Under the pieces are notes generated by a model. The model saw only the letters and a list, made by a program, of their open reading frames with translations, did not search any database and was not told the DNA's origin. Of a DNA stretch of 55,157 nt, positions 1 through 10,139 are shown piece by piece. The stretch lies in contig MU057597.1 in the NCBI GenBank assembly GCA_013265495.1, positions 1-55,157 of the forward strand. Direction: 5' to 3'. Source of the stretch: Vicugna vicugna (lineage: Eukaryota). A program made the translations under genes and the position numbers. The first letter of the stretch is position 1; every line of letters begins with the position of its first letter.

Positions 1-75
1 TAGTCAGTTTACAATGTTGTGTCAATTTCTGGTGTACAGCACGTTGTTTCAGTCACACACATGCATGCATATTGT
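1..75 (-). mobile_element. L1 3' end fragment
   Basis: tagtcagtttacaatgttgtgtcaatttctggtgtacagc is the same L1 tail sequence seen at 26777, 29720, 37270 and (reverse) 52260. Confidence 0.75.
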
Positions 76-1219
76 CCCAGGAGCTTTACATCACTATACC
101 ACAACAGTGCAATTACAAGCTCTGACCCCCTAAAACCTACCCCTTCATTCATGAATATGCAGCATTACAATATTTCCTCATCTCCTCTTTTGTGCCCAAA
201 TAAAACCCATGTTACGCACCTTGATTTACCTGAAGTGAAAATAGCAATAATAAAGATGGAAAAAATTAGGAAATGACAGTTTCAGAGATAAGGTTAAGAA
301 GCTCTTTGAGCTTGGAGTACTGTAATATAATTTAGAAGGAACAATATACAGTGGGAACTTTCTAGAGTTTCATAGTATTACAGGAGAAACATGGGCCAAA
401 ATCTACTGTGATTGAGGAAATGTCTCATTTTTTGTGAATATGTCCCTATTGCTGCTTTAAAGTTATACAAACAAAATTCCCCGTAAGCAAAATGGATTCG
501 TGACTTTCACCAATAATCAACTTCTCCTCCGCTAGTCTGTATTTAATGAAAAGTTCCACGATCCACTCATTCCCTTGCTTGGACTCATGAAAGTTCATGC
601 TGAAGGGTCTTGTCAACATGGCTCGTTTGCAGTACTGCGTAATACAGAGCAATCCACCTCGTAGGAGCCCCAAATCTATCCCAGTCACTGCATCTTTTTA
701 AAATGTGAATTGATGATATCTTTTCATTTGTGTGCCACCTGAAGTATAAAATGGCATAGTCCCCCAGTCTTAGACCCCAGGTCTTCTCCCTGAGTCTCTG
801 CAACTGAGCCGTGTTGAGTTTGGCCTCCTGGGGAAATGGGGAATAGAGAAAACTGCCCATTCTACCCAGGGAGAGTTTTGTAGTTTGTAATACAGAGACA
901 ACTGAAGTTCTCATTGAAGGAAATGTTGCTGGATCCAGTCACGGTCCCGCCTGACATTCCCCAGACGCGAGTTCCTAGACCGCCGAATTGCTTCAGCCTC
1001 ACTAGCAGGACTTCTGGGCAACCCGCTGGCAAACCCAGTTTTTGACTTAATCTGTTTTCAACCTGTGAAGAGGAGACATCTCAGTTTCCGACGTGTTTCA
1101 CACAACTGCAAGCGTTTGTCTTGAAACTGTTACAGGCAGTTATTTAAACTAAGCAGACAGCAACCCTGCTGCACAAAAGACACTTCAGCGTTTCTAAACT
1201 TGAAAAAGACATCTCCAGA

Positions 1220-1960
1220 GCGAGGCGGATGGAGAGCAGGCCCCGCCTCTGCCCCTCCCCCAGCTCATGCACGCCCCGCCCTTCACCGGTAGAGCTCCGC
1301 CCAGGCCCCGCCCCCAGCCGCGTGGGCTCTTTGCCGGTGCGCCGCTTCTTACGGAACCGGAAGTGGGGTGCTCGGGTGGAAGGTCACACAGCAGACCGTA
1401 AGTTTCTCCCTTTTAGTGTAAATCTGCGCTTCGCAGTCCCCCGTAGTCCATCCTCAGGGCCTTGAAGTCAATACGGACCTTAAATCCCCACACCTGCTCC
1501 TCTGCCCCCAGTAAATTCAGACGTCGCTGTTAAAGGTCAGGGGTCGTTTCCCTTGGGGTTTAAAATCGCCCGAGGCTGGTAGCTGTCCTCGGGCTTTAGC
1601 CCTTCGGTCCACGAAGACACCACCTTTAGAGTCATTTTCCTTCTTGAAACCTCCTACTACCTCCGCCCCCCCTGGCACGTCCCCTTCCGCGAGGTGGACG
1701 GCGCCGGCCGCCCCGCTCCTGTAGGGCCAAGTCCTCTCCCGGGTCCCGGGATTCTGAGGACCCCGGCCTCTCCTGAGACCCCCTGCCTCCCAGCCCCTCT
1801 GTCCTCGCGTCCTCCTCAGGCCGGTCCTTCTGCTCCGCGGGCCTCCCCTTCGTAGTCAGCCCTTCCCCCACCCCGCGTAGGGGGAGGTGACCGGGGTCAG
1901 CCGTGTGACCCCGCAGTATTGTTACGTCCCACATTCCACCCCGCTGAAAAACGGTCTTTT
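1220..1960 (+). promoter_or_regulatory. CpG-island promoter of KRAB gene unit 1
   Basis: CpG-dense; several GC boxes (GGCCCCGCCC/CCCCGCCC) at 1239-1315; ETS/GABP motif CCGGAAGTG at 1357-1365; followed by a splice donor. Confidence 0.8.
1340..1397 (+). other. Non-coding exon 1 of KRAB gene unit 1 (start approximate)
   Basis: Donor CC|GTAAGT at 1398 directly downstream of the GC boxes and ETS site; equivalent donor in the paralog at 25376. Confidence 0.65.
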
Positions 1961-2254
1961 CCAGTAGGCGGGCATCTTACTGAGTCGACATCCCTGTAAA
2001 TACGTGGGCGCGGAGAATCAGGGGAAGCAGAGACAGTGGCTGAGAGAGAAGTAGAAAAACTGAGGAGAAAAGAAGGAGGGAGAACCAGTGGGAACGGTGA
2101 GGATGGCTGAGGGGTTGTAAAGAGACAGTAACCTGAAAGACAGCTGTGAAAGGAACAAGCGGATAAAACAGAAGTTTATAGAAGGGGGATAGACTGGTGA
2201 GCAGAATAGGGCGGCAAAGCAGCAGTGGGATAGTGGGCAACACTGGTGAAGCAC

Positions 2255-2924
2255 TGTGGGAGCCCATGATTCAGTTAATAAATTGTGACAGATCCCAGCC
2301 GCTTGTGACCTTGAAGAAGAACAAATGTGCTTTGCTAGCAGGTGCCTGTGCATTTGCACGCCTGTCTCCTTGCCATAAAAAGCAGGGACAATGCGCTGCT
2401 TGCGTAGTTGAGGTTTTAGCCTAGGGCTGCTTCCAATGGCAAAGCCATTGTGTGTCCCTTGCTATAAACGCAGGACATGGCTTATTTTAAGCATAGGTCC
2501 ATAGTTTAGGATTTACTCTTCTCGTATGACCTATGCCCTCGGCTATAAACGCTGGGCATGCCTTCTGCTGTTTAGTCTGTAATCCCCAAGACGAGGGACT
2601 GGCTAGTCTGGTGGTCTGTTTTGTAATCAACTTAGGTCTGAAGAGTGTACCTTGTTCCCCTCTCCCCATGTCTGTCCTGAAGATAAATTAAGCCTTTGTA
2701 CTCATTATGGATTCTATAATCTCTACTCCATCCCGTCTTTCCTTAAGCTCCTACATCCCATGACACAGCTATTGGTGATTTTTCCTTTGACTGTACACAA
2801 TAAATGTGGGCGCATTTGAGAGGCTTGAGGAGTTGATCCCCGACTCCCTCTCGCTCTCTTGACTTTCCACAGTCTCAAGTAATTCATTCCATCTCGGTGG
2901 GACTTCTGCCAGTCAGAACCCACA
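2255..2924 (+). repeat. 5' LTR of beta-like ERV
   Basis: Starts TGTGGG, ends CCCACA; AATAAA at 2799-2804; repeated GCTATAAACGC at 2461 and 2542; PBS follows. Confidence 0.85.
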
Positions 2925-2926
2925 AC

Positions 2927-2944
2927 TGGTGACCCCGATGTTAT
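2927..2944 (+). other. Primer-binding site complementary to tRNA-Trp
   Basis: TGGTGACCCCGATGTTAT versus tRNA-Trp PBS TGGTGACCCCGACGTGAT (16/18), 2 nt after the LTR end. Confidence 0.8.
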
Positions 2945-3104
2945 TGGCTACACAGCGACGGAATGGCACACTTCAGCTGGAGAGAGACTGCATCCTGATC
3001 CCCGTAGATTTCACTCCGGTAAAGGAACAGCAACACCCACTTGGGATAGTTGCCAACATGCCTAGAATTCAGAGAGAGCCTTGTTTTGCTTTCATTTTCT
3101 TACT

Positions 3105-4500
3105 ATGGGTCAACAATTAACTAAGGAACAAATGATCTACCTCCGCACCTTGCAGCAGCTGCTGAAAGCATCTCACTGCTCCCTGTCAGAGAGCAACTTA
3201 TTAAATTGTTACAAATGGTACAAGAGATTTGTCTCTGGTTTCCAGACCATGGAACAATCAATTTGGAATTCTGGGAACAGGTTGGTAAGAATTTAAAACG
3301 TAGGCATCAGCAAAGGGAGAAAATCCCTGCTTCCATTTTAACTACTTGGAATTTGGTACACGCTGCTTTATGTCCCTTATACTCTTATTTGCAGACTAAT
3401 TACGTTGAACCTGAACCCTGTTCTTCCCCTTCCTCCCCTCCTACTACTTCACCCCCAGTCCTTTCTGCACAGTTTGCCCCTCTTTCACAGATCGATTTGC
3501 CGCTGCCACCGCCTCCTCCGTCTCCTGAGGAGTATGATTGTAAGCAAACTGCTGTGGAACAATGTTTTAAAGAAGGTTTACATTTGGGAGAGCTGCATGC
3601 TTTCCCGGTGATTGCAGGGCGTGGCAAGGTGTTAAGCATGAGGCTGTCCCTTTCTCTGTATTCAAGGAGCTAAAAACTAGTGTTATAGAAAATGGGACTC
3701 AGCGTTCATTTACTAAAGGTATTCTTGATACAGTTGGAAATGCATATGTTCTGACTCCTTGGGACTGGAGAGCTCTTGTAAAAACTGTCTTAACTCCTGC
3801 TCAGTTTGCTATTTGGTCTTCTGAACATCATGAAGTTTCTCTTACAAGCTGCTCGTAATGCTGATGCTAATAATGGTACACCTATAGAAGTGCTTGAAGG
3901 AACAGGTCACTATGCTGACCCTCAGCAGCAGATCCATGTGGATAGGCTGGCTTTTAGGCAGTGTACTGACACTGCCCTCGCGGCGTGGTGTAAAGTTCCC
4001 GCAACCAGAGCTGCCGCTGGCTCCTTTGTTACCATTCAGCAAGGCGCCACAGAACCTTATGTTGATTTTATTAATTGCTTAGAACTGAGCATCTCTCACC
4101 AAGTAGATGATCAGGAGGCAGCGAGAGTGCTCTTACAACAGCTGGCTTATAAAAACGCTAATGCAGATTGCCAGGCAGCGCTTGCCAGTATTCGAACTCA
4201 AAACAAAAATACAGCCAATTATATAAGAGCTTGCCAGAATGTGGGAACTGAAACCCATCGTGCTCAGGCCCTTGCAGCTTTAATGAGATCCACTTCTGCC
4301 GTGACCTGCTTTAAGTGTGGTAAACCTGGCCATGGTCAAAGGGAATGCTGCCAGCCCAATAAGGGAGGGCAAGGAAGTCCGCCTCAAAAATTAACCTAAC
4401 AAAGACTGCCCTCGGTGCGGCAAAGGAAGGCATTGGGCAAACCAGTGTCGCTCTAAATCTGAGAAGGATGGCAATCTGATTTCAGGAAACGGGAAATGGG
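3105..4500 (+). pseudogene. gag: Frameshifted betaretroviral gag (MA-CA-NC)
   Basis: MGQQLTKEQ start; MA motif CLWFPDHGTINLEFWEQVGKNL; proline-rich stretch; CA LTPWDWRALVK; MHR IQQGATEPYVDF; knuckles CFKCGKPGHGQREC and CPRCGKGRHWANQC; spread over several frames. Confidence 0.9.
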
Positions 4501-4559
4501 GCGCCAGCTCCCGTGCCCCAAACCCCAAGTGGAACAGCCCCACCCGGCCAGCTCAAACA

Positions 4560-5135
4560 CAGGTCTCTCTGACCCAGTCTCCTCGGCCCGGTCCTGCGGA
4601 GACCCCTTCAGCAGTGCGTCCACAGTGGACTTGTGTTCTACCTCAGAATTAGTTCTTAAGGAACTAGATTGTATATACTCCGCCTCCACTGGAATGTCTG
4701 GCCCTTTCCCTGAAGGGACCCAGGTCTAATCGTAGTCTGCTCAGATGGATCACAGCAAGGCGTTCTGGTTCTACCTCAGTTATGTATTCTGACTTTGCTG
4801 GTGAAGTGGAAGTGCTTTTACAGCCCTCCGGACTTCACGTCCTCTCTCCGGGGACCTGGCCTGGAAAACTTCTGCTCCTTCCCCTTAAAGGGACCTTGCC
4901 AGCCCTATAACTAGTCATCCTTTGGCTACGACAGCCCTTTACTGGGCGAAAAGGATTGAGTCTCAACAGCCTCTTGTACCGGAAAATCTAAGCGGCATAA
5001 CTGTTCATGGATTATTAGGTCCGGGGCAGGTGTCTCTTACCGCGCAGCACGAGCGGCCTCCTCGGTGGGAAGGATCTGTAGGCCAGTCAGTCATTGCTGG
5101 TGTTGGGGGGACAGATCTGCCAATGCAGTAAAAAG
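4560..5135 (+). pseudogene. pro: Degenerate dUTPase-protease (pro)
   Basis: dUTPase-like SASTVDLC...TGMSGPFPEG...SDFAGEV; protease-like ALYWAKRI...GLLGPG (decayed LLDTG)...IAGVGG; stops and frameshifts. Confidence 0.8.
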
Positions 5136-5140
5136 TCTCT

Positions 5141-5242
5141 CAGATGCACAGGCGCCTGCTAGCAGAGCACATTTGTTGTTCTCAAAGGTCACAAGCGGCT
5201 GGGGTCTGTTACAATTTATTAACCCAGTCATGGTCTCCCACA
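5141..5242 (-). repeat. Inverted copy of the first 102 nt (U3) of the 5' LTR
   Basis: Reverse complement aligns without gaps to 2255-2356, 90/102 matches by manual count. Confidence 0.95.
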
Positions 5243-7501
5243 AGGCACTTCACACAGGGAGTAGGGGGAGAAGCTGAAAGAGATAGGAACCATGGCCTTC
5301 AGAGCTACATGGTGCTGGGAGAGAAGGGAAAATGAGTGACTGGAGCAGGAAGAGAGAGCGGGAAGACGTATAACCACCAGGGGGTGCTGGAGAGTGGGGC
5401 CTACGGGAGTGTAACCCGGAGGGCAGAGAGGGAGCCGAGATGAGGCAGGGAGGCAGAAATAATGGAGATTTAGGACATTCGGAAGGGTTGGGGAGAACGG
5501 GCAACAAGATGAGGAACAAGTTGCAGAGTGGGCCAGGCCGGGTGTGAGGGAGGAAATGAGGGGAGGGGAGAAACAGCAGGAGAGCAGAGGGGAACAAAAA
5601 GAGACAGAGACAGAGACAGAAAGAAATAGGGAGAGAGAGAAACTGAAATGGAAACACAGCAGAGCGGGGAGAGGGGGAAACTAGATGCGGATGGGTGGTG
5701 AGCTGATTTTATGTGGATAATTAAGTTGTGATATATTGATTCTTAGCCTTAGAATCTAATTTAAAGCTTGTTTGTTTAAATTATACAGATGAGGATAAGA
5801 ATGACAAAACTCCTGTCTGCGAGGCTTGTGCATTTTGTAATTGTTTGTATGAGAAGATAGTTTCCGTTTGCCATCCCTGCTCAGCCAGAGGGCAGTGGCT
5901 TGTTCGCTCAGTTGTGGTCACCCCCTTCGCGGCAGAGGACTGGGGAGAGGACACGTGGGGCAAGAAATGGCCAACTCCGTCACTACATTAAAAGGAACAT
6001 TGAAAGTGGTGGGGGGGTTTTGTAATGGATTTACTTTTGTTTCTCATTTCTTTACATGTAATTCTTTTTGTAGCTTGGGATAAAAATTAGTTCATTCAGT
6101 ATCTACTTTCCTGCAAATAATTATTCACTTCTGAAATAAGATTTGGTGGCCTCCTATAATCAATTCATGTCATTCTTTTCTCAATATGCTCTATTCTCAA
6201 CTTTTTTTTCACTTTGCAGAATTCTTTAGATTAAAAAAATTTTTACAAATTGATTCTCTCTCTCTTTCTTCCCTGTTTTTACAAATGGATTCTCTTTAAG
6301 TTTGTTTCACGTTTATTTGAGGCCTGTTGGCTTTCTTCTCTTTACCCTATGTCTTGGGAAAGTTCTTTGGTAACTAGTAAAATATATTAGCCTATTTTGA
6401 TGAATAGTTGGTGAGGATGTCGTGATCCTTTATAATAACCCAGGTTTTATTGCCTCCACATCAAACTCCCACATCGAAGATGCCCTTCTCCGTGGGTTAT
6501 GTTGAGTCTTTCCCATTTTCCCTCCGCTGGGCCTCACGCAGCCTCCGTCTGCCCCCCAGGACAGCTGCGGCACCTGTTTTGGGGTTGTGTTTGGAGGCTG
6601 TGTGTTGGGCTGAATATTTTTCTGGGACGACTAGGGGGCTAGAGCAGGTGATGAGGATGCTTCTCGTATTTCCTCTGGAAATGCCAGTTGATTTGTACAT
6701 TCTGTGGCCGCTCAAAATAAGAACGAAAGGATGTTGTTAAGCCTAAAAAGCCCCACAGAACTGGGGTCCTTCTGCAGTGTCCCGAGGTGTCCCCATGTTT
6801 ATCTGCTCCGCTGTAGCCCCCAGGTCTACCAGGCTGCGCACTTCCAGTGACGGTTGCCACCTTGGACAAGAGCTTTGCCTCCAGCAGTGCATCTGCTGGG
6901 GTGGGGGATGCTGATTTCACTGTGTTAAGAGTGAGCAGATGGTCAGGAACCCAAGGGGGCATCAAGGAGGCCCCCCCACGTAAAGAGCTGGTGTGTCTCC
7001 CTGTTCGCTGTGAGAGGGGAGAACAGGAGACGGTGAGATCTGGGGTCTCTCTGTCCTTGCGACTTCTTCGCTGAACTCAATCCAGCTAAATCTCAAATGC
7101 CTTTAAAGCTCAACTCTGTGACATCCCCAGTTGCTGGCAGGTTTTCCCGGGAGGCCCAGCTTCCTGAGCTCCCTCCTGAGTGCCCAGTGTCGTTTGGGTG
7201 GCAGCTTGTTCATTTCTGTTGCAATGCCGGTGCCCACTGTCCCTGTGACTTTTAGCCCAGATGCTCAGTCTTGCATGGAGGAGAGGTAGAAAGATGAGGG
7301 GAGTGGAGGGGAACCTGTGGGGTCTGCAGGAGGGACCTGGCAGCCTGTGTGGGCATCGGGATGAGCCCCGTGAGTGGTGTGTGCACCTGTGCAAAGCATA
7401 ATCGTGGGACCAAGGGATGGATGTCTTAGTTCTGGCTGGAGGACCTGGCAGTGGGTTCCTGGCTAACTGGGGGCCGCGTGGAATGGTGGGGGGCACCGTG
7501 G

Positions 7502-7790
7502 TGTCTTAGCGCAGGTTCCCTGGGACACAGATGCTGAGACTGAGATTTGCATGCATGGTGCTAAGAGGGTGGTTCATGATCACACCTGAGGAGCAATGAA
7601 GGCAGTGGGATTCGGCTGAGAGGAGCACTGTGCTGCAGTGTTGTTAGAACCAAGGCCTGCGCTGAGGTCACGTGGTGCTCTGGGTACAGGAGGATGAGTA
7701 GCTTTGTCTTTGGAGGATGGATCTAGGGGTTGTCCCGTGGCATTCACACCACACAGTGACTTCTGTGGGGCCTTTTTGGAGGGTAAGACT
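7502..7790. mobile_element. MaLR MLT1-type LTR fragment
   Basis: tgtcttagcgcaggttccctgggacacagatgctgagactgagatttg resembles the MLT1 terminus; partly shared with the inverted paralog near 45000. Confidence 0.55.
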
Positions 7791-8438
7791 CATCATGCAA
7801 CCCAAGAGTAGTTACAGGGAAAATCCCAGAGGTCACTTTGTGGGTTACCTTGGGTATTTGGGGTTGCTAGTGAAGAAAGTTTCAGATGCATTTGGAAGGT
7901 AAAAAAAAGATAACTTGGAGTGTTTCCTTGGAAGTGTTGAAGTCTCACTGGGGCAAGTGCATCAGTGTAGACTTTTATCTTTTATTATTAGATTTTAGAG
8001 GTAGCAGTGTTTGGGCTGGGGCCACTGTGAACGAAAAGAAGGTGTCTTAGGTCTAGTGGGTGCTTGGCTGTCTTCATGGTCAGTATTCCATCATAAATGC
8101 ATGAGTTATTAAGGCCTGGACTCCTTTATGAGATTGCATAGCAGGATGGGTGGGTTAGTACTGGATGTCTGGGGAGTGTGTTGGACCAGATGAAAGTTGG
8201 TAAGTTTCTTCCAGTCTGGAAGGGAAGTGGTTGGCCCTAAGCTTCGATCCCAGGGAGGGCCTGCCTGGGATGGGTGTATGGGCACAGCTCGAGAGGGGCC
8301 GTGAACTCCCGTGATGCAGGGGAAGATTATTCCAACGATCAGAGGGCCACTGATACCACAGTGACCTGCTGTGCAAAGGCTGATTCTGGGGGAAGATGCA
8401 GCGGCTTCTTTCTTGCTGCCAGTGCAGGGAGGTTATTC

Positions 8439-8472
<34 letters not shown>

Positions 8473-8486
8473 CACTCACACTCACA
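8439..8486 (+). repeat. (CA)n microsatellite
   Basis: Directly visible. Confidence 0.95.
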
Positions 8487-8489
8487 TGA

Positions 8490-9395
8490 TACAGATAAAA
8501 GGGGACTCTTGTGCACAGTTGGTGGGAACGTGAATGGTATGGTTTTGTGGAAAACAGTTCCTCAGAAATTAGAAACAGAACAGGCACAGGACCGAGCACT
8601 GATTATTCCCACTTCTGATTATATTTCCAAGGAAACTAGATCCGTGATTTGAAGGAGTTACCTGCACTCCTGTGAGCATTACTGCATTATTCACAACAGC
8701 CAAGACGTAGAAACAACCTAAATGTCTGTCGACAGATGTGGATAATGAAGACTTGTGTGTGTGTGTGTATGAGACAGGCTGGGACCTGGGACCCTTTACT
8801 GCAGTGCTTGCACCTGGACAAATTCTCCTCAAGCAACCGGATACAAAGAAACTACGAGGGACTAAAACGTACGTGCAGGCGTGCGCAGTAGAGGCAGTTA
8901 TGAACAATAAGATACAAAAAGAGCACAAGCCAACTGCCACCTCAGAGGAGCCGGGAGCAAAAGCGGGGTACCACTCAGGATCCCTGCACACAGCATCACC
9001 ACGGAGGTGGGCGGATCGCCTAGGCTGTGCCTCCTGCCCGACCCACCGGTCTGCTCCTGCCCTCACTTCATGTGAGGAGCCAGCTGGCCTCTCCTGCTTG
9101 GGGAGCGAGCAAGGGCCCCCTTTTCTTGTCTCACGTCGCCTCCTCTTGCTACGAGTCCCAATAAAGCCTTGTCTGAATTTCTCGTCTGGCCTCATCAATT
9201 TTTGTTGATTAAAGAGCCCAAGGACCTGGGTTGTAACACACACACACACACACAAACACAAACACAATGACATGTTTAACCATAAAAGTGAAGATTTTGC
9301 CACTTAGAGCAACATGGATGATCGTAGAGAACGTTATCCTCAGAGAATTAAGCAAGACAGAGACAGGTATTAAATGGTCTCCCTTATATGTGGCA
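8490..9395 (+). mobile_element. Old L1 ORF2-end/3' UTR fragment interrupted by a solo LTR
   Basis: ttattcacaacagccaagacgtagaaacaacctaaatgtc and gcaacatggatga...ttatcctcag are L1 3' motifs. Confidence 0.75.
8770..9238 (+). mobile_element. Solo LTR (ERV1-like)
   Basis: TGAGACAGGCTGGGAC...TGTAACA; AATAAA at ~9160; same family as the split LTR at 25876-33816. Confidence 0.85.
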
Positions 9396-9467
9396 CAGGA
9401 GCGGGAGTGTTGATTCTAAACATTAAACGGCATCTTGCTAACTTTCAAGATTGACTTCTAAAGACCC

Positions 9468-9545
9468 ATGTTGCCTGAGGCAGAAGCCTGGAAGAGGAGG
9501 AAGAGCAAGAGAAAAAAAAAAAAGCCAGGAATGGCTGTTTCTCAG
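9468..9545 (+). CDS. First coding exon of KRAB gene unit 1 (exon ~9450-9545): MLPEAEAWKRRKSKRKKKKPGMAVSQ
   Basis: Matches the MLREE...KEPGMALPQ-type start exon of the ZNF816/ZNF28-like family; donor CAG|GTAAAG at 9546, phase 0, in frame with the KRAB-A exon. Confidence 0.85.
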
Positions 9546-10139
9546 GTAAAGTCTTACTCTCACTGGATTCTCAGTCTGTCCTTTCTGAAATGCCCTTCTT
9601 TGGACTCACTAATCCTGTCAGACTCTGCAGCGTCCTGCCTGACACCTGTACATCCACAGTCACCCAGGGCCCCCCCTCAGCGCCTGTCCTCCCCACTCAG
9701 ACTCCACCCCCGGGACCCTGGGACCTGGAACGTGTGAAGTGGCTCCCCGGGCGGCGTCCTGGGCGGGCTTCACCCCCGTGGGTTGGAGACGCGGTGTCTG
9801 TGCTGTGGGGCAGCAGGGCGAGTTGAGGTGCACTGTCTGCTCTCTGTAAATCAGAGAAAGAAGCTGCACAGGGAAGTCAGGTAGTAATGGGCACAATACC
9901 TGGTAGAATATGGAAAAGAGACCAAGAAGCGGGAATCAGTTCTGACTTTTGATAGCGCACCCCACAGCGTACACCCCTAAATGAATACCTCCTTCAAAAT
10001 CTTAATGGTTGGGAATGGAATAGAAGGTTCAGCAAGAGACATCAGTGATGGAGGGTGTTTTATTCCATCATCGATTTTAAGCTATGAAATCAGTCTGGAT
10101 GTCTGACACTTGGGAGATTCTTTAACTCATTTTCATCAC

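Larger units (their letters stand above)
2255..5242 (+). mobile_element. Betaretrovirus-like (ERVK/class II) truncated provirus: LTR-PBS-gag-dUTPase/pro-inverted U3
   Basis: TG...CA ends; 6-bp TSD AAGCAC (2249-2254)/AGGCAC (5243-5248); single AGGCAC at the paralogous empty site 36007-36012; Gag and Pro motifs. Confidence 0.9.

Noticed and set aside
446..914. Two minus-strand ORFs upstream of promoter 1
   Set aside because: No recognisable homology or exon signals
8569..9303. 244-aa ORF on minus
   Set aside because: Runs through a microsatellite, an antisense LTR and L1; no domain-like content
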